Origin: Patescibacteria group bacterium
GTDB taxonomy: Bacteria > Patescibacteriota > Microgenomatia > UBA1400 > UBA12028
NCBI GenBank assembly: GCA_035479015.1
Contig: DATIJC010000011.1
Location: 1 to 52,441, forward strand
DNA: 52,441 bases
Reading direction: 5' to 3'
The notes beneath the pieces are model-generated. The model was given only the letters and a program-made list of their open reading frames with translations. It searched no databases and was not told the origin of the DNA. A program made the translations under genes and the position numbers. How positions within the stretch are numbered: the stretch's first letter is position 1; the number at the start of each line of letters is the position of its first letter. Positions 25,242 through 33,588 of this stretch are shown in pieces.

Positions 25242-25984
25242 TGAAGATCCTTGTATCCCTTTTTCTCCAGCTCTTCTGCCAAGTCACGGCCACCGGATTT
25301 GATGATCTTGCCATTGACCATGACGTGCACAAAATCGGGCTGGAGGAATTTGAGAATGCGCTGATAGTGTGTGATGACTAAAACACCAGTTTTATGCTTC
25401 TCCACAATCTTACGTGCACCATCTGCGACGGCACTGATAGCATCCACATCCAAACCTGAGTCGGTTTCGTCCATCAAAGCATACTTTGGTTCAAGTACGG
25501 CCATCTGCAAAATTTCCAAGCGTTTTTTCTCACCGCCAGAAAATCCTTCATTGAGTCCGCGTGACAATAAATCTTTCTTGACACCTAATTCATCAGCAAG
25601 CGATTCCAAATGCTTGCGGAATGCGAGTACTGTCGGGAACTTGCGCGCTGGTTCATTTTTGAATCGCTCTTCGTAAGCTACCCGTAAGAAATTATTTACC
25701 CGCACGCCGGCAACCTCCACAGGATATTGAAAAGCTAAAAATAGCCCCGCAGTAGAGCGTTCGTCAGGCGACATTTCATTAAGTCTTTTTCCATCCAAAC
25801 TCATTTCCCCCAAGTTAATCGTATATTGAGGGTGTCCCGCCAACGTGTATGCGAGTGTGCTTTTCCCCGAGCCATTGGGTCCCATGACTGCATGAATCTC
25901 ACCTGGTTTAATAGCCAGATCTACGCCGTGCAAGATTTCCTTGTCGGCGATCGAGACATGAAGGTTTGAAATGAGTAGTGCCAT
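25238..25984 (-). CDS. sufC: Fe-S cluster assembly ATPase SufC
   Basis: 248 aa. Walker A GPNGSGKST, ABC signature FSGGEKKR, Walker B ALMDETDSGLD. Confidence 0.95.
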   Translation of the reverse strand: MALLISNLHVSIADKEILHGVDLAIKPGEIHAVMGPNGSGKSTLAYTLAGHPQYTINLGEMSLDGKRLNEMSPDERSTAGLFLAFQYPVEVAGVRVNNFLRVAYEERFKNEPARKFPTVLAFRKHLESLADELGVKKDLLSRGLNEGFSGGEKKRLEILQMAVLEPKYALMDETDSGLDVDAISAVADGARKIVEKHKTGVLVITHYQRILKFLQPDFVHVMVNGKIIKSGGRDLAEELEKKGYKDLQ

Positions 25985-26005
25985 GAAGCCTGTATTATAC
26001 CCCCC

Positions 26006-27199
26006 CTATGAGTCGAGATTTGTGACTGTTGGCTCACCTGCCTCCGGATGAAAATCGTCTGGCAACGCCGAAGCCTGGGTCAAACGAATAACTAGCGGTG
26101 ACGAAAGAGCATACTCTCCTCTGATAGGAAAATTGCTAGCGTAACCAGCTTCTTCAAGTAACTCACCCTCTCCGTCCATAATCTCAAATTTAATATCAAG
26201 TAGTGGCTTGAGGAGATCGTTATTAAATAACTCCTCCAAACCAGTCTCCCGGACAATCTGACTCATTTGAGCCACAGCTCCGAATTCAGGATCGACCTTC
26301 CAATCATATTGATCAACAACTCTAACTGTCACCCGATCCAAGATAATCTTTCCATCATTAACCTCGCGAACAATACTGTCCGCCTCAACCGTAAATTGAC
26401 CAAGACTGTTCATTATCTCGGGATCTCGTGAGTACACTACTGAAAAAAAATGAATCTTTTGACCAGCTAAAGACTTCAGATCGTGGCCAACAAAATATTG
26501 GCTCGAGTCGTCAGCTGATCGAACATATGTGCCTTCCGTACGATGCATTTTATTCGTTAAGGCATGATCGGAAAGCGCTTCCTGGGTAAAGATGCGGAGA
26601 GCATCCTCGAGATTCATTGTTTCAGTAATGCCTAGTTTGGCTTTTGTATTATCATCCAAGCTTTGTAAAAATTTACTTAGAGCCTGTTCATAATCCACAC
26701 CAAGAGAATATTCCCGTCCATCACCAAAGAGAAAGTGAGTAACAAAATTTCCTGCCAATTGTTTTTCGGAAGCAGAAGCGTATTTTGAGGCAGCATAAAA
26801 CTTGATATACGCCTCGATTATCTGGTGCTTCCTTTCATCTAAATTAGGAAAGTCTCGAATATAGTCTTGAAGCATTTCTTCTAGTCTTGCTGTAAAAAGT
26901 AACAAGTTACCCTCCATCTCACTTCCATCTCGACGTGCTAGTTGATTAATACCTTCAATTATTCGACCAACCGGTCGGAGTGTTCCCTCAAGTGTAGCTA
27001 TCAGCGCCCCTTTAAGTACCTGCCTACGCGACACACCTTTCTTCTTAAATTTGGGTTTTCCCTCGTGCGAATTAGCAAGACGTCCAATTTGATCGGAAAT
27101 ACTTAGGTCAGACTTATCAATGGCTTGCCTGGTATGGGAAGAGATATGTTGAAAGAGCTCTCTCCTAGTCATTTTTTGCCGATCTGAAGTTTCACTCAT
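26006..27199 (-). CDS. hypothetical protein
   Basis: 397-aa ORF, no family recognised. Two RR-containing N-terminal stretches; see the rejected notes. Confidence 0.55.
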   Translation of the reverse strand: MSETSDRQKMTRRELFQHISSHTRQAIDKSDLSISDQIGRLANSHEGKPKFKKKGVSRRQVLKGALIATLEGTLRPVGRIIEGINQLARRDGSEMEGNLLLFTARLEEMLQDYIRDFPNLDERKHQIIEAYIKFYAASKYASASEKQLAGNFVTHFLFGDGREYSLGVDYEQALSKFLQSLDDNTKAKLGITETMNLEDALRIFTQEALSDHALTNKMHRTEGTYVRSADDSSQYFVGHDLKSLAGQKIHFFSVVYSRDPEIMNSLGQFTVEADSIVREVNDGKIILDRVTVRVVDQYDWKVDPEFGAVAQMSQIVRETGLEELFNNDLLKPLLDIKFEIMDGEGELLEEAGYASNFPIRGEYALSSPLVIRLTQASALPDDFHPEAGEPTVTNLDS

Positions 27200-27210
27200 A
27201 TTAATTGATT

Positions 27211-27672
27211 TTAATTTGGGAAATTCTGAAAAACAAATCTCGCCTCGTTTTTAATATCTTCACTCGTCTCAAGATCGTCTATTTCATCTGGTCCAAACCA
27301 GCCGATTCCGTCAGTTTCCTCGAGATTTTGAGCGAATCCTGATTGATCAGTGACTCGGACAAAAAATCCCCAAGAGTAGTGCTGCTCACAAAATGTGTTT
27401 CCCCTGGGCTTATTGATTTCGTGCAAATTGCAGTAAAACGGCAGTGGCAAATACTGCGAAGTCTTTCCCGCTTTTGGCGATTTGTATGCTGAAATCACCT
27501 GCCCCCTCACCCCACTCTCTTCCCAAAATTCTCGCTGCGCCGCCATATGTGGCAACTCATTTGCTTCTACGTGTCCACCTGGCGCTAACCATATTCCCAA
27601 CTTTTTATGTTTAACTAACAAGACTTTCCCGTTATGTAGGGTCCAGGCGTTGACCGTGTGACAAACTTTCAT
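27211..27672 (-). CDS. NUDIX hydrolase
   Basis: 153 aa with Nudix box GGHVEANELPHMAAQREFWEESGV. Confidence 0.85.
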   Translation of the reverse strand: MKVCHTVNAWTLHNGKVLLVKHKKLGIWLAPGGHVEANELPHMAAQREFWEESGVRGQVISAYKSPKAGKTSQYLPLPFYCNLHEINKPRGNTFCEQHYSWGFFVRVTDQSGFAQNLEETDGIGWFGPDEIDDLETSEDIKNEARFVFQNFPN

Positions 27673-28198
27673 GCGTCAATTGTACGGCAAATATGCGGAA
27701 ATGTTTGACTCGATTTCCACTTCCAGCTATAGTGTGAGTGTGCCTTCCTCTGTCACTCATGACATTTTTACCAAAACAAAAAACGATAGTGCCAAATTAC
27801 GGGACTTGGCTCAGATTGACACTGGTACGATTTTTCGCTGTCAAAGTGTTTTCCCGATAGATTTTTTCCCCGACACACTGGTAGTAAATAGTAACAAAAT
27901 CTCAGTCACCACCCGTTTTTCTTTTTTTTCCAAGCAAGTCCATAGCCTGCTCATATCGGACGTCTTAACTGCCATTGTGGAAGAGGGCATATTCTTTGCC
28001 ACCCTTCGAGTAGTCGATCGTCAATTTAATCAAGAAACTATTACAGTGGAGCATCTGTTCAAAAGCGATGCAAAACGAGCTAGACGTCTAATTGAAGGAT
28101 TGGTAATCGCGACGAAGGAAAAAATAGACTTTTCCAAAATTCCAACGGGTGAGCTCAAGACCATGTTGGAAAAAATCGGCCAAACAAAAACCAACTAA
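27671..28198 (+). CDS. hypothetical protein
   Basis: 175-aa ORF. Its ATG overlaps the divergent Nudix start codon (CATG). An alternative ATG is at 27701. Confidence 0.5.
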   Translation: MRQLYGKYAEMFDSISTSSYSVSVPSSVTHDIFTKTKNDSAKLRDLAQIDTGTIFRCQSVFPIDFFPDTLVVNSNKISVTTRFSFFSKQVHSLLISDVLTAIVEEGIFFATLRVVDRQFNQETITVEHLFKSDAKRARRLIEGLVIATKEKIDFSKIPTGELKTMLEKIGQTKTN

Positions 28199-28205
28199 AG
28201 GTGTT

Positions 28206-29687
28206 TTACAAACAAACGCCTGTTAAGGAAAAGTTTTTCGCGAGTATTGAGTAGTCCAAGAGATCAACTTTCCCGTCGAGATTTATATCACTGCGCGAAT
28301 ACGTCGGGCTTGCTTTTAGTAGGTCACTTACAAGCATTCCATCATCGGTAGAATTAACTACCCCATCTCGATTTATATCTGCTTTATTGCACGAATCAAC
28401 AGGTGCGCCAGTTGGAGTGGGTGCGGCAGTCGCTATCACGCCAGGAGGGGCCACGACGGGCGGCACGGTATTTTGATCATAGTGCGTAATATGTGTCCAA
28501 GACATGAGCGTACCTTGGCTAGAATACTGTTTAGCTTTATTTAAGATAATCGGATCCTTATAGTAGCGAGCCGATACATACAAATGGTCTTTACGATACC
28601 CATCCCAATCAATGCCAGATGCGTTCTGAGGATTATTAATGATAAAGTAAATCGCCTTTTTAATAGACCCCATACCAGTGGACGAAGTGAGATTGTACAT
28701 GCTGGTGTCTCCCCTGTGCCAGAGGAATTCCGCGAGTAAGACATCTGCATCTACATGGTGCTGTTGGTACGTCAGTGCACTATCAGCAGTCTGAATAGAT
28801 GTAGCGGTACAACCAGCAGCTCCGCGACGAAGTTCATCAGGGATACCACCGTATGATTGAATTCCCCAGATAGTACACTGCGAATCTCCTTTAAACACAC
28901 CTAAAGCTCTATCTTTAGCTTGCTGGATATGTGATTGGTAAGCCTGTGCGGATGTAAGTATTTGAGGAGTTGGTGAAACCTCTGTTAACGTAGGTACGAA
29001 GCCAGCGACATAATCTGCAAGCATTACTGACGCCGTAGAACCAAAAGCTCCCCAGTTATTTGCCCTAGTCCGCGAGGCCCACGCAACCTTGTTATAGGCA
29101 ACAGTTGCTAGCCACGTCTGAAATGTTTGTTTATTGGTTGCAGTCCAACTAGGGCTGCTTGAAAGTAAATCCGCAGCGGTAATCCACTCCGATAGAGAGA
29201 ACGCGAGACCTAAAATACACTGATTGGAGCCACTATAGTTACTCCCACCATATGAGGTTGATGTAGCAAGTTCCATAATCCTATCCCGTGCAAAATCTGC
29301 GTACGCTTGGTCACCGGTGAAGTAATACGCCAAGACTTTTTCGTAGGTTAACCGGGCACCACCGTTGTAATCCAAGTAATCATTATTGCCGCTATCTTTT
29401 GATGTGGAAGATGGACAGACTCCAGAGCTAGGAGCATTAAGAACCGGATATATGGTGCCATACGGCCAATATGTTGGTGAATTTTGTCCAAAAGACAACA
29501 TATTGCTCACACGAGATCGTAAAGAGGCATCGCCCGCGTCATATATTGATTTCAAGTGCTGCAACTCAGCTGCCGAAGTCAGATATCCACGTGAAGTACC
29601 CAACGCCATTGCTTTAGTTGGACCAAGAACACCGGAAGTCACCAGCAGAAGACAGATACAAATTATTGTTTTAGTTTTCTTCAACAC
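28206..29687 (-). CDS. secreted polysaccharide-lyase-like protein with C-terminal dockerin repeats
   Basis: 493 aa with a signal peptide (MLKKTKTIICICLLLVTSGVLG). RANNWGAFG resembles the alginate-lyase NNH/W motif (tentative). Two Ca-binding dockerin-type repeats: DINRDGVVNSTD and DINLDGKVDLLD. Confidence 0.68.
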   Translation of the reverse strand: MLKKTKTIICICLLLVTSGVLGPTKAMALGTSRGYLTSAAELQHLKSIYDAGDASLRSRVSNMLSFGQNSPTYWPYGTIYPVLNAPSSGVCPSSTSKDSGNNDYLDYNGGARLTYEKVLAYYFTGDQAYADFARDRIMELATSTSYGGSNYSGSNQCILGLAFSLSEWITAADLLSSSPSWTATNKQTFQTWLATVAYNKVAWASRTRANNWGAFGSTASVMLADYVAGFVPTLTEVSPTPQILTSAQAYQSHIQQAKDRALGVFKGDSQCTIWGIQSYGGIPDELRRGAAGCTATSIQTADSALTYQQHHVDADVLLAEFLWHRGDTSMYNLTSSTGMGSIKKAIYFIINNPQNASGIDWDGYRKDHLYVSARYYKDPIILNKAKQYSSQGTLMSWTHITHYDQNTVPPVVAPPGVIATAAPTPTGAPVDSCNKADINRDGVVNSTDDGMLVSDLLKASPTYSRSDINLDGKVDLLDYSILAKNFSLTGVCL

Positions 29688-29695
29688 ACCACTAA

Positions 29696-30286
29696 CTATA
29701 TCCCCAATAACGTCATCTGAGTACCACTCACTTTCTTAGGTTTGAAAGAGAAGTCGATTGGAGTTTCGATTAACCGGTTCCACTTATTTTTAAATTTCAC
29801 CTTCCCCTTTGTCCTCCCCCAATCATACAAATCTCTAGTGATCTCAACATCCATGAGACAGTACTTCGCCAACTCATCGAGCCTGCCTTCTTTGTAGTAC
29901 TTGATGGCATCAAGGCCATGACCGATCTTTGCCTTCCCCAAAGTTTCCTGCGCGATGCTGTCCAGCGAGATACGGTGACCCGTCGCTTCTTTGAACCGCA
30001 GCATCAAATCAAGTTGCGGAAGATCATCCACTTTGCCTGGATACAGCGGCCGCATAACTTCCATATCAAAACCAACGCTATTAAATCCAACGATGACGTC
30101 TGCAGTCTCAAAAATTCCCCATAGTTTCTGAAAGTCACTCTCCCAAATCTTGATCATCTCTCCTGGTCCTTCAAAACCCTCCCGCACACAGACACCAATG
30201 AAAGATGGTGAGAGTTTGGTGGGGAAATATCCGCCCACCTCGTCAAATGTATTCTTCGTCTCTACATCAAAAAAAACATGTTTCAT
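29696..30286 (-). CDS. DEDD-type 3'-5' exonuclease (RNase H-like fold, PolB-exo-like)
   Basis: Motifs FFDVET, GFNSVGFD and YCLMDVE. The start is moved to MKHVFF (30286) because the track ATG at 30298 is the terminal ATGACA of the repeat element. Confidence 0.72.
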   Translation of the reverse strand: MKHVFFDVETKNTFDEVGGYFPTKLSPSFIGVCVREGFEGPGEMIKIWESDFQKLWGIFETADVIVGFNSVGFDMEVMRPLYPGKVDDLPQLDLMLRFKEATGHRISLDSIAQETLGKAKIGHGLDAIKYYKEGRLDELAKYCLMDVEITRDLYDWGRTKGKVKFKNKWNRLIETPIDFSFKPKKVSGTQMTLLGI

Positions 30287-30292
30287 ATGAAC

Positions 30293-30383
30293 TGTCATTC
30301 CTGTGAAGACAGGAATCCAGACAACAAATAATACAATATGGGAATTCTGTATTGACTGGATGCCTGCCTACGCAGGCATGACA
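30293..30383. repeat. double-hairpin palindromic element, copy 1 (inverted orientation)
   Basis: TGTCAT-ATTCCTGT/GAAG/ACAGGAAT-CCAG ... CTGG-ATGCCTGC/CTAC/GCAGGCAT-GACA. Confidence 0.85.
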
Positions 30384-30436
30384 TGCTAACTTAAGCAATT
30401 ATTTAGCAATTCTCAAGAGGAAGAAATAGCGAAGAC

Positions 30437-30706
30437 TTACTCACGCGGATCACGATGTGAAAAAACAAAAACTCTTCCATCAGAAAATTCTACTCTACGA
30501 GTTGTGGAATCTGTATAAAATACCAAGCCAGAGGCTTTTCCTTTTTCTGTCACATACGACACTGAAGGTTCCTCATCCCCAGGACTAATCAATAACCTTT
30601 CCGAAGTTTTTCCACCACCATCAAAGGACATCTCTCCATATTTGTCAAAATATAAAACCTCCACTCCCTGTTTGTTTGGATGTGATATCTCAACTCTTAA
30701 TGACAT
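30437..30706 (-). CDS. hypothetical small protein
   Basis: 89-aa ORF with a beta-rich composition. No family recognised. Confidence 0.45.
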   Translation of the reverse strand: MSLRVEISHPNKQGVEVLYFDKYGEMSFDGGGKTSERLLISPGDEEPSVSYVTEKGKASGLVFYTDSTTRRVEFSDGRVFVFSHRDPRE

Positions 30707-30724
30707 ATTTTCCCTTCTCGGCGA

Positions 30725-31249
30725 TCATTGTACACCTCGACTTTGCAACACAGTCGTTGTCGACACGCCCGGAATCTCATCTAGCACCACATGCATTTCC
30801 CCACCGTATTTTTCCATCAAATTTTTCTTGTGATCGAGTGCCACTGAATTTGATGATACCGCAAAAACATTGGGGGCCAGTAGAATCACAATCTCTTCAT
30901 AGCGCAATGGGTTTTTAAACTCTGGCGGCAAAATTAACACATCATCAACAAATCCAAGTTTCATGATTTCTTCTTTACGTTTATTCTGATCCCAGACAGG
31001 TCGATCTGGCCCCTTCAATTCCTTTGTACGGATATCGGACTCCAATAAAACAATCAGATAATCCCCCTGCTCTTTTGCCTTTTGTAGATATGTTTTGTGT
31101 GCTTCGTGTAGTAAATCAAACACCCCTGAAGCAATGACAATTTTCTTGCCGGCAGTTTTGGCTGTCCACGCACGCTGTATTACTTCCTGTTGTGGCGGCA
31201 GTGAGTAGTATGGAAGCGGTTGTAAATATGCTGGATAATTAAATGCCAT
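30725..31249 (-). CDS. cytidylyltransferase-like (HxGH-type) nucleotidyltransferase
   Basis: GVFDLLHEAH motif followed by a Rossmann-like pattern. The start is set at MAFNYP (31249). The track start at 31333 would overlap the upstream gene by 95 nt. Confidence 0.65.
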   Translation of the reverse strand: MAFNYPAYLQPLPYYSLPPQQEVIQRAWTAKTAGKKIVIASGVFDLLHEAHKTYLQKAKEQGDYLIVLLESDIRTKELKGPDRPVWDQNKRKEEIMKLGFVDDVLILPPEFKNPLRYEEIVILLAPNVFAVSSNSVALDHKKNLMEKYGGEMHVVLDEIPGVSTTTVLQSRGVQ

Positions 31250-32093
31250 GGTACTCCTCAAGTATTTTTTTACGGCGCGTCCTGTATTCTCGCATAAGAT
31301 CGCTGCTCTTGTCACCAGGATGAAAAAACGCAAAGTGTTTCCCTACCCGTTCTTTCACAGAAATCTCACCCATCCAGGACCGCTGAACCTTGTAAAAGAA
31401 ATCATTGATGAAGACAAACGAAAAGTTCTGTTCTAAAGAGGTTCCCTTTGGTATTTTCACCTGCGCCAAAAATGAAGTTATCCATGCATTCGCTTGTAAA
31501 AAGTGTTTGCGTGTATTTGCCCGTTCAAAAAGCCACAGCGCCTGGGAAACTTCGCGGGCTACATACGCTGTTTGTTTTTTCATGACCAGAGCAGATTCAT
31601 CAAGCCAAAGATTTAAGCACAGCTTATTTGTTACATCCGGCACATGCCTCAAGCGTAATTTTCCCTGCAGCGCTAGCTGTGTAGATACGAGTGCCCGAGT
31701 GATCCATAGTGCATTTTTTGACGTGATAATCATCACATCGATATCTTCATCCTCATTCGCATTTTCTGCCGCCACACTGCCCGTGAGAGCGATGCCGGTG
31801 ATCCATGGAATCCAAGTAATTGAATGTATCGCGTCGCGCGCGCGGCGCACCTTTTCCCTTGCAGTTTTTCTCTTCTGTATTTGATTGACTACCACATATC
31901 GTGACAGCGAAAGAAAATCACCATCCTGAAAAATGAGTTTCCTTCTCAGAAGATGTTTGACACTCTTCTGTACATCTTTTTGACTAATTTTTGTATCTGA
32001 AATTAACCAGTCAAGGAGTCGCTGCTTGGAAATAGCACTCTTAAATAAACTCGCATACACGAGTGTAGACAGTACTGCCTCATCGGGTAACAT
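31239..32093 (-). CDS. Pol-beta-superfamily nucleotidyltransferase-domain protein
   Basis: 284 aa. GSVAAENANEDEDIDVMII matches the GS...DxD minimal NTase motif. Confidence 0.55.
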   Translation of the reverse strand: MLPDEAVLSTLVYASLFKSAISKQRLLDWLISDTKISQKDVQKSVKHLLRRKLIFQDGDFLSLSRYVVVNQIQKRKTAREKVRRARDAIHSITWIPWITGIALTGSVAAENANEDEDIDVMIITSKNALWITRALVSTQLALQGKLRLRHVPDVTNKLCLNLWLDESALVMKKQTAYVAREVSQALWLFERANTRKHFLQANAWITSFLAQVKIPKGTSLEQNFSFVFINDFFYKVQRSWMGEISVKERVGKHFAFFHPGDKSSDLMREYRTRRKKILEEYHGI

Positions 32094-32104
32094 GTGGGGC
32101 GATC

Positions 32105-33559
32105 TTACGGTGCTATTTTGTATTGAGCAAGCACCGCGGGTACACCTTTGGAGAGAGTAGGCATCACTTCTTCAAGTTGTTTCCCTGAGTTTAGTCCATT
32201 GATGGCGTCCGCGTAATACTTAATGATCTGATCATTGATCCCGTTATCATACGTATTGGATGCCATATACCAACTCACCGCATTGGGCGCCTGCGAGATG
32301 AATGCTCCCACATATGGATCGCTAGCCACTTTGGGAGCTAGATCGACGCGGGGGTACGGTTCACCGAACAGACGTACTGCTGTGGCGTCGGCATATAGCT
32401 TTTGAAGCACATCCGATGAAGACATGTAGGTGACAAACTTCCACGCCACATCCTGATCTTTGGTCGTCTTTGATACTCCTTCGGCCCAATATGAGGCCCA
32501 GGTAATCGGTTTCCCGGGTAACTGTGGGACCGGATCGACTTCAAAATCGAAATTAGGATTAATCTGTTTCATCTCAAACGCTCTCCATGACGGCGCGAAA
32601 ACCATAGCGGCTTTTTCGGTTGCGAAGGCGTATGTAGAGTTGGGCAGCGTCTCATCCCAAACTTTATCGGTCAGCATGAACTGCGTGTAAAACTGCAGCG
32701 CCGGAGGCACGAGTTGAGCTGAATCATCCGGCTTACCTGGATTTCCGCCATTTTGTAAGATGAGCAGTGCCAAAATGTCTGAAAAGTGATCAACATTTTT
32801 AGCACTACCCAGCGCTACCCCAGCGCGTGCAATCTTTCCATCAGCATCGCGCACAGTTAGGGATCTCGCCAAAACACGTAAGTCTTCCCAGGTAGTCGGG
32901 GCGGATTTCCCAGAATCGGCCAGCATCCTTTTATTGATAAAGAGTGACAGACCATCAAATTCTAAGGGGACTCCGACATATCCCGTGCCAGCTTTCAAAT
33001 CCTTGGCGGCTACAGGATAAAAGGTTTTCTCAAACGTACTATTACTCATGATATTGGCTGGTAGTGTCGAGAGTGCGCCAGTCTGAGCCAACATTGGAAC
33101 CCAAGTATTATGGAAACGGAACACATCTGGTCCCTGCCCACGGGCGAATGCACTCTGCAATCGCTCGCGATAATCTTTGATTGATTGTTGGCCATACTGA
33201 ATGTGCACCCCTGGATTCGCGCCTTCAAAATCTTTAATCACTGAGGTTAAAACATCATTTGGTTCCCACAATCCCCAGTAAACCAGATTGACCTGACGGG
33301 TAGGAGTTTTCGCTGTTTGTGACGACGTGCCTAAAAACTTGGAAGCTGCGAACACCACCGCTAAAACGATAACTAAAAGCACTGCGACAATTGCAATTAT
33401 CTTCATGGGAATCTTTGAAAAAAAGGACCCTGATGGTCTGGCTGTCTGCGCAGCGCCGCTGACAAACTCCGGCACAGCTTCAGACACGCCTGGGTTACTA
33501 GGAGCAGTCGGTGTTGCTTGTGGTACCTGACTCTGGAGACTCGGACTTTCTTGTTCCAT
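32105..33559 (-). CDS. ABC-transporter solute-binding protein (family 1-like), membrane-anchored
   Basis: 484 aa. TM anchor IIAIVAVLLVIVLAVVF, then an SBP-like domain (NLVYWGLWEP...). The real start may be MKIIAIV at 33403. Confidence 0.8.
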   Translation of the reverse strand: MEQESPSLQSQVPQATPTAPSNPGVSEAVPEFVSGAAQTARPSGSFFSKIPMKIIAIVAVLLVIVLAVVFAASKFLGTSSQTAKTPTRQVNLVYWGLWEPNDVLTSVIKDFEGANPGVHIQYGQQSIKDYRERLQSAFARGQGPDVFRFHNTWVPMLAQTGALSTLPANIMSNSTFEKTFYPVAAKDLKAGTGYVGVPLEFDGLSLFINKRMLADSGKSAPTTWEDLRVLARSLTVRDADGKIARAGVALGSAKNVDHFSDILALLILQNGGNPGKPDDSAQLVPPALQFYTQFMLTDKVWDETLPNSTYAFATEKAAMVFAPSWRAFEMKQINPNFDFEVDPVPQLPGKPITWASYWAEGVSKTTKDQDVAWKFVTYMSSSDVLQKLYADATAVRLFGEPYPRVDLAPKVASDPYVGAFISQAPNAVSWYMASNTYDNGINDQIIKYYADAINGLNSGKQLEEVMPTLSKGVPAVLAQYKIAP

Positions 33560-33561
33560 CC

Positions 33562-33571
33562 TGTTATTATA
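33562..33571. promoter_or_regulatory. overlapping divergent -10-like hexamers (TGTTATTAT / TATAAT)
   Basis: Plus strand: TGnTATTAT at 33562-33570, 18 nt before the VanW ATG. Minus strand: TATAAT at 33566-33571, 6 nt before the ATG at 33559. The second is valid only if that SBP start is real. Confidence 0.3.
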
Positions 33572-33588
33572 CGATACCTCAATACCAT

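Noticed and set aside
26006-27199. Twin-arginine (Tat) signal in the 397-aa hypothetical protein (MTRRELFQH and SRRQVLKGALIATLEG).
   Set aside because: The first RR has no hydrophobic h-region after it. The second lies about 55 residues in and has only a short, weakly hydrophobic stretch. No Tat components are visible. Not supportable.
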